A stretch of DNA of 32,000 nt from Candidatus Saccharimonadota bacterium (GTDB lineage Bacteria > Patescibacteriota > Saccharimonadia > Saccharimonadales > UBA4665). The notes below the pieces were generated by a model that was not told the DNA's origin, did not search any database, and worked only from the letters and a program-made list of their open reading frames with translations. The position numbers were made by a program, and so were the translations under genes. Of this stretch, positions 25,705 through 32,000 are shown one piece after another. The DNA lies in the NCBI GenBank assembly GCA_963716945.1, contig OY970322.1, positions 480,001 to 512,000 of the forward strand. The letters run 5' to 3'. Each line of letters starts with the position of its first letter. The stretch's first letter is position 1.

Positions 25705-26211
25705 ATGAAGGACTCGAAACTAATTATCCTGCGCGGGCCGTCCGGGGCGGGGAAGAGTACGGTTGCCGCGGAAGTGTTCAAACGCGTTAAGCGGCCGGCG
25801 GCGCTCATCGGCCAGGACTATTACCGCTTTATTTTCAAGCCGGCCGGTGGCGCAGTCAATTCCAAGGCCATTCATGACATGATAAAAGCCAACGTGCTGA
25901 TTGCCCTCGAGGATAATTACGACGTGATTCTGGAAGGTATATTTAACGTCAAATCGTACAAGCCAACGTTCGATGAGATATTCGCGGCCCATCCGGCCGG
26001 CAACTATATTTTCACATTTGATATAAGTTTCGGCGAGACGCTGCGGCGGCACCGGACCAAACCGAACAAAGACCAGTGGAGCGAAACCGCCATGAAGGAC
26101 TGGTACCACCCGCAAGATTTCATGGGCTACGACTTCGAGCAAATAATCAGCGAGAACAGCAGTGTCGAGCAAACCGTAGCTAAGATACGAAAAGCAACCG
26201 GCTTATCTTAG
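25705..26211 (+). CDS. Small P-loop kinase (AAA_33 / polynucleotide-kinase / zeta-toxin-like fold); ORF track start 25696
   Basis: Walker A LRGPSGAGKST, a downstream GQDYYR (Asp-x-x-Arg acceptor-activating motif of PNK/zeta-type kinases) and a basic lid TLRRHRTKPNK. 168 aa from ATG 25705. Confidence 0.7.
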   Translation: MKDSKLIILRGPSGAGKSTVAAEVFKRVKRPAALIGQDYYRFIFKPAGGAVNSKAIHDMIKANVLIALEDNYDVILEGIFNVKSYKPTFDEIFAAHPAGNYIFTFDISFGETLRRHRTKPNKDQWSETAMKDWYHPQDFMGYDFEQIISENSSVEQTVAKIRKATGLS

Positions 26212-26237
26212 ACAAATATACTAAAAAGCAGTATAAT
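26209..26237 (+). promoter_or_regulatory. Promoter TAGACA-17-TATAAT, 10 nt before ATG 26248; twin of 27036-27063
   Basis: TAGACA at 26209-26214 (overlaps the kinase TAG stop) and TATAAT at 26232-26237. It is embedded in a TCTTAGACAAATAT block that is repeated at 27033. Confidence 0.65.
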
Positions 26238-26247
26238 ATATCAAATA

Positions 26248-27027
26248 ATGAGCGAGCCGTCAGGAGTCGAAGCTTTGGATTTGCTGCCAAACAGGTTGGC
26301 AGCGGTTGAGTTTGAGCCGGTTGAACTGGAAACGATAGTTGGCCTGCGGGAAGAAGAAAAGCCTTGGAATACCGATAACTTCAACTGGGTCGCGGCCTAT
26401 TTATGCGAAGAAGTCGGCATCACGGAACTTGATTTAGGCAAATGGTTCCGCCGGGAAGTGCCCGGTTTGGAGGGCCAAAGCCCTTTGGACGTCTGGACTT
26501 CTGATGACGGTTTCGGCCGGGTTTTCAGATATGCCCAAAAGTGCAAAGAGTATGCCGATGAAGTAGCCTCTGACGCCCGGCCGGCGGGCGAAGAAGTACC
26601 GCGATCTCACCAGATTGCCAGCCGGGCCCTGGTAGTTATAAACAGAGCTTTCGAGGTCACGGGCGCGGACCGTAGTTTTGATGCCGGCGGGCGGATCCAA
26701 GCCGGCGTTAACAACCCCGCCAAACCGAATGAATTAGGCGTAACTCTAAGAGGTGACGAAGAGTCGGAAGCCTACAAGATATTCAAGCGAAAAGGCGACA
26801 GGCTGTCCCAGTACCTTATATATATGCACCGTTTGGGAGGGGCTGACTTGAACATTCTGCAAACGGCCATATTCATAAGCGATAAGTCGTCTTCGGCGTC
26901 GCTGGAGGATGTTGATAGCAGGAGCGACCTGGACGACCGGCCGCCCAGTGCCGGCGAAATCGCGTCGTTTGTCGTGCCGCTGGCCGTCGAAATCAAAAAT
27001 CGCACCCTGGTAGCCCTAGAGCTTTAA
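26248..27027 (+). CDS. Hypothetical protein with an Xre/MbcA/ParS-antitoxin-C-terminal-like (DUF2384-like) segment
   Basis: Residues 66-96, WFRREVPGLEGQSPLDVWTSDDGFGRVFRYA, fit my recollection of the W-x3-4-P-x-L-x-G-x-x-P-L-D...G-x-x-x-V pattern of that domain. The remaining ~160 aa are unassigned. Confidence 0.6.
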   Translation: MSEPSGVEALDLLPNRLAAVEFEPVELETIVGLREEEKPWNTDNFNWVAAYLCEEVGITELDLGKWFRREVPGLEGQSPLDVWTSDDGFGRVFRYAQKCKEYADEVASDARPAGEEVPRSHQIASRALVVINRAFEVTGADRSFDAGGRIQAGVNNPAKPNELGVTLRGDEESEAYKIFKRKGDRLSQYLIYMHRLGGADLNILQTAIFISDKSSSASLEDVDSRSDLDDRPPSAGEIASFVVPLAVEIKNRTLVALEL

Positions 27028-27035
27028 CCTCGTCT

Positions 27036-27063
27036 TAGACAAATATCCCAAAAGTGATATAAT
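27036..27063 (+). promoter_or_regulatory. Promoter TAGACA-16-TATAAT (TGa extension), 9 nt before ATG 27073; twin of 26209-26237
   Basis: TAGACA at 27036-27041, TG at 27055-27056 and TATAAT at 27058-27063. Confidence 0.65.
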
Positions 27064-27072
27064 ATTAGGATT

Positions 27073-27546
27073 ATGGCCGAAACCGACAGTCCTTCAGGTT
27101 ACAATTCGGGTGATGATTTCATCCTGGGGTATGGCGATTACACGTTTGCGTTTAACGAAGTGGATTTTCTGCATCGCACAGAACGGGCCGCCCGGGTATT
27201 GGAACTCGTAAGCGCGCCGCTTAATGCGGCCGAGCTGCTGGATTTAGCCGAGTTAACGGTCGACGGTACGATTAGCCGGCCGCGTTCGCCCCTGGCCGCC
27301 CATATTAATGATAACCATGAAACGCTGATCCAAGATAACAGGGCTGACGGTAATATTACTCAATGGATGCGGCAGGTTCTGTTCACCGAAGCCGTGCTGG
27401 ACAGGCAGCTGCTTGAAGGGCGGCTGGACGTGGAGTTTGACGAAGCGACAGGCAACTTCAGATATGTCTACGCTGAATCCGGAGAAGAAGTTGAACTTAT
27501 GCCGCGGCCATCATGGGGCAGCCACGCATATCATCCGGCCTCCTAA
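27073..27546 (+). CDS. Hypothetical acidic protein (157 aa)
   Basis: ORF directly behind the twin promoter. No motif recognised. Confidence 0.65.
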   Translation: MAETDSPSGYNSGDDFILGYGDYTFAFNEVDFLHRTERAARVLELVSAPLNAAELLDLAELTVDGTISRPRSPLAAHINDNHETLIQDNRADGNITQWMRQVLFTEAVLDRQLLEGRLDVEFDEATGNFRYVYAESGEEVELMPRPSWGSHAYHPAS

Positions 27547-27551
27547 GCCCG

Positions 27552-27560
27552 TGCTATGAT
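27552..27560 (+). promoter_or_regulatory. Extended -10 promoter (TGcTATGAT), 6 nt before ATG 27567
   Basis: TG at 27552-27553 and TATGAT at 27555-27560. Confidence 0.5.
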
Positions 27561-27566
27561 TGAGAT

Positions 27567-28946
27567 ATGGGTAAACTGACTTCCATTAATCCGTCGAATA
27601 ACAGCGTGATTGGCGAGGTTGAGATGTCGGGCGCGGCTGACGTGAAAGCCGCCGTGGCGGCCGCGCGGGAGGCCCAGCCGGGCTGGGCGGCCCTGTCGGT
27701 TGCCGAACGCTGCCGGATTCTGCGGTCATTCGCCGAAATTTCCAAAGACCGGGCCGAAGAGATTTCCCAGCTGATAGCCGAAGAAACCGGGCGGCCGATC
27801 AATAACGTCCGCACCGGCAACGTCCAGGGCGGCTTGGACTACCTGGAGGCTTATTTGGACAAGGCCGGCGGCTGGCTGGCCCCGGTGGTCACGCACGAAA
27901 CGGACGCCATCATCCACGAGGTAATCCGCGAGCCTTGGGGCGTGGTGGCCTGTATTTGCCCCTGGAATTACCCCTACATGAACGTGGTTTGGCAGTGCGT
28001 ACCGCCGCTGCTGGCCGGCAACACGGTCGTTTATAAGAACTCCGAAGAGAACCCCTTGTTCGCCAAGCTGATGGCCGAGCTGTTTGCGCAGTCGGACGTG
28101 CCGGCCGGAGTTTTTAACGTCATTTACGGCGACGGGGAAGTCGGCGGCTGGCTGGCCCGGGAGCCGGTGGACATGATTTCGTTTACCGGCAGCGCCCAAG
28201 TCGGCCAGGCGCTGGCCCGGGTTGCCGCCGAAAAATTCATTCCGATTCTGGCCGAGCTGGGCGGTTCGTCGCCGGCCATCGTTTTCGACGACGTGCCGAT
28301 AGAGGAGGGGTTGGCCCGGAGTATTTTCGACAAGCGGTTCCTGCATTCCGGCCAGATCTGCGGCGCCGTCAAGCGCCTGATGGTTTATGAGGCCGGCTTT
28401 GACCGCATGGTTGAGTTGCTGGCGGCAATCAGCGGCCGGCAAAAACTCGGCGATGCCAGGGACGAAGCGACCGACCTGGGCCCGCTGGTAGCCGAACGCC
28501 AGGTAGCCCGAATCGAAGACCAGGTCAAGGATGCCATCGACAAGGGCGCCACAGTTATTTGCGGTGGAAAACGGCCCGGCGCCCTTAGCGGCGCCTACTA
28601 CGAGCCGACTATCCTGACCGGCATCACGCCGGATATGCGCGTCTGGCACGAAGAAACCTTCGGTCCGGTCTTGCCGGTCGTTAGCTACAAGACCGAAGCC
28701 GAAGCTATCAAATTGGCCAACGATACCGACTACGGCTTGGGCGCTCACGTTTTCACCGATGACGGCGAACGCTTCAGTCGGGTCGCCGGCCAACTGGAAT
28801 CGGCCATGGTCGCCCAGAATGACGTCAACTACTTCGATCCCAGCAGCCCCTTCGGCGGTTACAAAAAATCAGGTATCGGCCGCCTGCACGGCCAATACGG
28901 TTTCGACGAAGTCACCCAGCCGAAACTTATCGCCCGTATCAAATAA
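27567..28946 (+). CDS. NAD(P)+-dependent aldehyde dehydrogenase
   Basis: ICPWNYP, FTGS, ELGGSSP (catalytic Glu), HSGQICGAVKR (catalytic Cys) and EETFGPV. 459 aa. Confidence 0.92.
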   Translation: MGKLTSINPSNNSVIGEVEMSGAADVKAAVAAAREAQPGWAALSVAERCRILRSFAEISKDRAEEISQLIAEETGRPINNVRTGNVQGGLDYLEAYLDKAGGWLAPVVTHETDAIIHEVIREPWGVVACICPWNYPYMNVVWQCVPPLLAGNTVVYKNSEENPLFAKLMAELFAQSDVPAGVFNVIYGDGEVGGWLAREPVDMISFTGSAQVGQALARVAAEKFIPILAELGGSSPAIVFDDVPIEEGLARSIFDKRFLHSGQICGAVKRLMVYEAGFDRMVELLAAISGRQKLGDARDEATDLGPLVAERQVARIEDQVKDAIDKGATVICGGKRPGALSGAYYEPTILTGITPDMRVWHEETFGPVLPVVSYKTEAEAIKLANDTDYGLGAHVFTDDGERFSRVAGQLESAMVAQNDVNYFDPSSPFGGYKKSGIGRLHGQYGFDEVTQPKLIARIK

Positions 28947-28955
28947 GGGCCTTGG

Positions 28956-29462
28956 CTACAAGTTAATCTGGAGCTGCGATGACGGGTCGGGACTTAACGA
29001 GGAGGGGTAGGGTATGACACTGTCTCTATCGCCGGCCTCGAACGAACCGCTCCGGTCGGTTATAAGGCCGATTAAGTTATTCCAAGCGCGCTTGGAAAAC
29101 AGGAACGCATCATAAGTCTTGCCGCCATCTTCCGAGACTTGGAACAAAGACCTGGCGACCCGGCCCAGACTTATGAGGACTATACCCTCGACGACCTGAA
29201 GCTTTTCCGGATCCGACGCGTGGAAGGCGGTTCTGGCCGTATCGGTACCGCCATGGCCTCTCTGATAAATCTTGAAGGTACCATCATCCTCGGTAATGCC
29301 CGGGCAAACCTCCGCGCCGTCAACCGAAATAGCGAGACCGGCCTGGCCGTATGCCGCTTCGATACCGCTCAAATAGGCGTCCAGCTGGCTTTGGCCCGGT
29401 ACTTTATCAATGGTGGCGGCGCTTTCCGGGGCGCCCCGGTATAGGTCTGCGATGGTCGGCAT
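28956..29462 (-). CDS. Hypothetical protein (168 aa from ATG 29462; ORF track GTG 29465)
   Basis: ORF convergent with the aldehyde dehydrogenase gene. TGtCATAAA (plus 29471-29479) lies 8 nt upstream of ATG 29462. No motif recognised. Confidence 0.6.
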   Translation of the reverse strand: MPTIADLYRGAPESAATIDKVPGQSQLDAYLSGIEAAYGQAGLAISVDGAEVCPGITEDDGTFKIYQRGHGGTDTARTAFHASDPEKLQVVEGIVLISLGRVARSLFQVSEDGGKTYDAFLFSKRAWNNLIGLITDRSGSFEAGDRDSVIPYPSSLSPDPSSQLQINL

Positions 29463-29470
29463 CACAAAAG

Positions 29471-29479
29471 TTTATGACA
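29471..29479 (-). promoter_or_regulatory. Candidate extended -10 (TGtCATAAA on the minus strand), 8 nt before ATG 29462
   Basis: Plus strand TTTATGACA at 29471-29479. Spacing is the same as at the other leaderless starts in the window. Confidence 0.4.
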
Positions 29480-29618
29480 CGCAAATCGAAAAGTAAATTG
29501 CTAGTGGTTTAACCATGAATTATCAACGTCCGGCCGGGCGGCTGGCGGCAGCCGCAGCTTACGGATTAAACTTTCGTTAAAGACGGTAATGTTTTCGGTT
29601 TGTCCGATGCCGGCTTGG

Positions 29619-29627
29619 TGTTACAAT
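29619..29627 (+). promoter_or_regulatory. Extended -10 promoter (TGtTACAAT), 8 nt before ATG 29636
   Basis: TG at 29619-29620 and TACAAT at 29622-29627. It lies inside the ORF-track extension from TTG 29600. Confidence 0.55.
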
Positions 29628-29635
29628 CGGGGTCT

Positions 29636-31159
29636 ATGCGGCAGAAGCAGGCTTTAACTATTATGATGGGCGGTGCCAGCGTCTTTTTGACGGGTCCGCC
29701 GGGCGCGGGCAAAACTTATGTCTTGAACCAGTTCGTCAAAGGGGCTGAACGAACTGGCAAAAAGGTCGCCGTGACCGCCAGTACCGGCATCGCCGCCAGC
29801 CATATCGGCGGCACGACCATCCATTCATGGTCGGGCTTGGGCATTCTGGACGACCTTTCAGGCGATGATCTGCGCCGGCTGGGCGGTAGCGAACGGCTGG
29901 CTAAACGTTACAACGGCACCGATATTCTGATTATCGACGAAGTCTCGATGCTGCACGGCCGCCGGCTGGATATGGTCAACCGGCTGAGCAAAGTATTGCG
30001 CGGCTCGGACGCGCCGTTCGGCGGCCTGCAAGTCGTACTGGTCGGCGACCTGTTCCAGCTGCCGCCCATTAGCCGCGGCACGGATGTTTTGGATTTCGTC
30101 TACTTGTCGGAGGCTTGGGCCGAGCTCGACTTAAAAATCTGCTACTTGACCGAGCAGCACCGCCAGCAGGGCAATGACGCTTTGCTGGGACTCTTGGAAG
30201 CTATGCGCCGCGGCGAAGTTGGCGAGGACCATGGGCTGCTGCTTCAAGACCGCCTCGAGCAGACGGCGCCGGAGTCGGCCGTGACCAGGCTTTACGCCCA
30301 CAACATCGATGTTGACGCTATCAACCGGCGCCACTTGGACGTCTTGCCGGGTCCGGCCCGCCGGTTTGAAATGCGGACCAAAGGCAGCAAGGCCAAGATA
30401 GAGCAGCTGGCCAAAGGCCTGCTGGCTCCCGAAATCCTCGAACTGAAAACCGGCGCCGAAGTGATGTTCGTGGCCAATAATTTCGCGGAAGGCTTCGTTA
30501 ACGGCAGTCGCGGCACGGTAGTTGAATTTGACAATGATTCTCCGGTCGTCCGCCTTATGAACGGCCGCCGCATAACCGTCGAGCCCCATGGCTGGAGCTT
30601 GAGCGAGGACGGCCGCATCAGAGCCGAAATTACCCAGCTGCCGCTGCGCCTGGCGTGGGCCATCACTATACATAAGAGCCAGGGCATGAGCCTCGATGCT
30701 GCCGAAATCGACCTCAGCCGGGCCTTCACGCCGGGCATGGGCTACGTCGCCCTCAGCCGGGTGCGCAGCCTCGACGGCCTGTACTTGCGGGGGATTAACA
30801 ATATGGCTATGGCCATGCATCCGCAAATCCACGAACTGGACGGCAAGTTGCGCCTGGCTTCTTCCCAAATAGCCGCTATCACCGAAGATGTTGCCGACGA
30901 AGTAATCGTTGCCAAAGCCGGCCCGATAGTCGACGAAGCCCTATTCGTGAAGCTCAAAGACTGGCGCTACCAACGGGCCCAAGCCGATGGTGTTCCGCCC
31001 TTCATGGTGGCTCATAACGCGGCGCTCAGCGCGGTCGCCGCGGCCTTGCCGTCGACGCCGCAGCAACTCTTGGCACTGTCAGGTTTTGGCAGCCGCAAAG
31101 TCGAAGCCTATGGCCCGGACATCCTGGCCATAATCGCTGCCCACCGGCCCGGTTCTTAA
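29636..31159 (+). CDS. Pif1/RecD-family SF1B DNA helicase with C-terminal HRDC domain; ORF track start 29600
   Basis: Walker A LTGPPGAGKTY, Walker B ILIIDEVSM, VLVGDLFQLPPI and AITIHKSQGMSLD. The C-terminal HRDC-like segment reads LFVKLKDWRYQRAQADGVPPFMVAHNAALSAVAA..P.T.QQLLALSGFG..KVEAYG. Confidence 0.88.
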   Translation: MRQKQALTIMMGGASVFLTGPPGAGKTYVLNQFVKGAERTGKKVAVTASTGIAASHIGGTTIHSWSGLGILDDLSGDDLRRLGGSERLAKRYNGTDILIIDEVSMLHGRRLDMVNRLSKVLRGSDAPFGGLQVVLVGDLFQLPPISRGTDVLDFVYLSEAWAELDLKICYLTEQHRQQGNDALLGLLEAMRRGEVGEDHGLLLQDRLEQTAPESAVTRLYAHNIDVDAINRRHLDVLPGPARRFEMRTKGSKAKIEQLAKGLLAPEILELKTGAEVMFVANNFAEGFVNGSRGTVVEFDNDSPVVRLMNGRRITVEPHGWSLSEDGRIRAEITQLPLRLAWAITIHKSQGMSLDAAEIDLSRAFTPGMGYVALSRVRSLDGLYLRGINNMAMAMHPQIHELDGKLRLASSQIAAITEDVADEVIVAKAGPIVDEALFVKLKDWRYQRAQADGVPPFMVAHNAALSAVAAALPSTPQQLLALSGFGSRKVEAYGPDILAIIAAHRPGS

Positions 31160-31249
31160 AGATTAATTAAAAACCGCTCCAAAGATTTGACCGGTACCGG
31201 CCGCCCCTGCCATCATGCCCGCTACCTATTAATCAAGGAGGCAAAACCT

Positions 31250-31831
31250 ATGAAGAGGCTAAGGAACACTAAACATTTGGCACGGACAATAATAATGACG
31301 GCATCAATCGCTATCCTGGCCGTCGGCGTCACATTCGCCGCCCTCCAGAGCCAGCCCGACACTCTGACCGGCAACAGCGTCGAAACCGCCACGGCCGATC
31401 TGCGCCTGAGCACTGATGGTAATAATTTCTCCAATTCCCATGCCGGCTTCGATTTCAACAACCTGATACCGGGCGGCCCGGCGGTACCGGCGGCCGGCTA
31501 TTCTGTCTACCTGCAGGACTCCGGCGGCACGCCTTTGGCAGTCAAGCTGGCCGTAAGCAGCGCGCCGACCAACCCCGACAATGTCGATTTAAGCAAGGTC
31601 AGCGTCGTGCTGACGGAAGTCGGCGGCGGCACGGGCAGCCAGAACTTCAGCCTGCAGGCCCTGGTGGCCGCTTCGTCTAGCGGCGGTCTGCCTCTCAGCG
31701 GCAGCATTGACACCCACAACACCAAGCAGTATAAGCTTCAGGTTTCGATGGCCGCCGACGCCGTTAACGGTTCCGGTGCGACCCTGGGCAACATTGACTT
31801 CGTCTTCAGCGGCACGGCTCAGAGCAGCTAA
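31250..31831 (+). CDS. Secreted protein with SipW-type/TasA-camelysin-like N-terminus (tentative); ORF track start 31187
   Basis: AAGGAGG at 31235-31241, 8 nt before ATG 31250. Signal anchor MKRLRNTKHLARTIIMTASIAILAVGVTFAALQ, followed by TLTGNSVETATADLRLS, which resembles the TasA/CalY family N-terminus. Confidence 0.6.
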   Translation: MKRLRNTKHLARTIIMTASIAILAVGVTFAALQSQPDTLTGNSVETATADLRLSTDGNNFSNSHAGFDFNNLIPGGPAVPAAGYSVYLQDSGGTPLAVKLAVSSAPTNPDNVDLSKVSVVLTEVGGGTGSQNFSLQALVAASSSGGLPLSGSIDTHNTKQYKLQVSMAADAVNGSGATLGNIDFVFSGTAQSS

Positions 31832-31881
31832 AGCCCGGCCCGTGCCTATGACCGCCAACCGGGCAGTGTTAGACTGTAAAC

Positions 31882-32000
31882 ATGCCAAGCAAATCGAGCC
31901 AGCCGGATACCTATGCTTTCATCGATAGCCAGAACCTGAACCTCGGCACCCAGCGCATGGGCTGGAAGCTCGACTGGCGCAAATTCCGCCAATACTTACG
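31882..32000 (+). CDS. NYN/LabA-like domain protein, N-terminal 39 aa only (runs off window)
   Basis: My own translation gives MPSKSSQPDTYAFIDSQNLNLGTQRMGWKLDWRKFRQYL. AFIDxQNL is the NYN N-terminal acidic motif. TGtTAGACT (31867-31875) lies 6 nt upstream of the ATG. Confidence 0.5.
   Translation, partial: MPSKSSQPDTYAFIDSQNLNLGTQRMGWKLDWRKFRQYL

Noticed and set aside
26700-27027. C-terminal half of the 26248 protein considered as a fused RES-type toxin domain (AGGRIQAG vs the GGRWN motif).
   Set aside because: Only a vague resemblance at one short motif. I cannot identify the downstream conserved Glu and Ser of RES domains. Left as unassigned.
29538-29555. GC hairpin GCGGCTG-gcgg-CAGCCGC in the 170-bp gap, considered as a terminator or small RNA element.
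   Set aside because: No U-run follows on either strand. It lies upstream of both flanking, divergently transcribed genes, so it cannot terminate either. A 7-bp stem on its own is weak evidence for a structured RNA.

Overview
This 32-kb window is tightly packed bacterial chromosome, about 60-70% GC in the housekeeping genes, with no rRNA, tRNA, CRISPR array, transposase or integrase that I can see. The backbone is a Gram-positive-type housekeeping set. In order it runs: secA (5' partial), an M16 peptidase, prfB, ftsE-ftsX, a coiled-coil CHAP hydrolase, a Ctp (S41) protease, pyrG, a CheY-like receiver, rpmA with an RNA-methyltransferase-like gene, xseA-xseB, recO, glyQS, an EamA transporter, an aldehyde dehydrogenase and a Pif1/RecD-like helicase with an HRDC tail. 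AT-richer orphan genes, each with its own promoter, are wedged between these blocks.

Findings I consider most worth follow-up:
1. Two tandem, divergent paralogs of unknown function (about 490-560 aa) are inserted antisense between secA and prfB. One of them is split from its start codon by a G10/C10 homopolymer. This could be a phase-variable or slippage-dependent gene, or an assembly error.
2. A histidine-kinase-like protein with Glu in place of the phospho-His is paired with a receiver carrying Glu in place of the phospho-Asp, in an operon with recO.
3. An ftsEX / PcsB-like CHAP hydrolase / Ctp protease cassette.
4. A small islet holds a PNK/zeta-like P-loop kinase followed by two orphan genes driven by near-identical promoter modules. 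The first orphan carries a segment resembling the Xre/MbcA/ParS antitoxin C-terminal domain.
5. A consistent leaderless architecture: a TGn-extended -10 element lies 6-12 nt upstream of the ATG of 17 genes that each have their own upstream -10 element.

Taxonomy cannot be fixed without a database search. All functional calls rest on motif recognition in the supplied translations.
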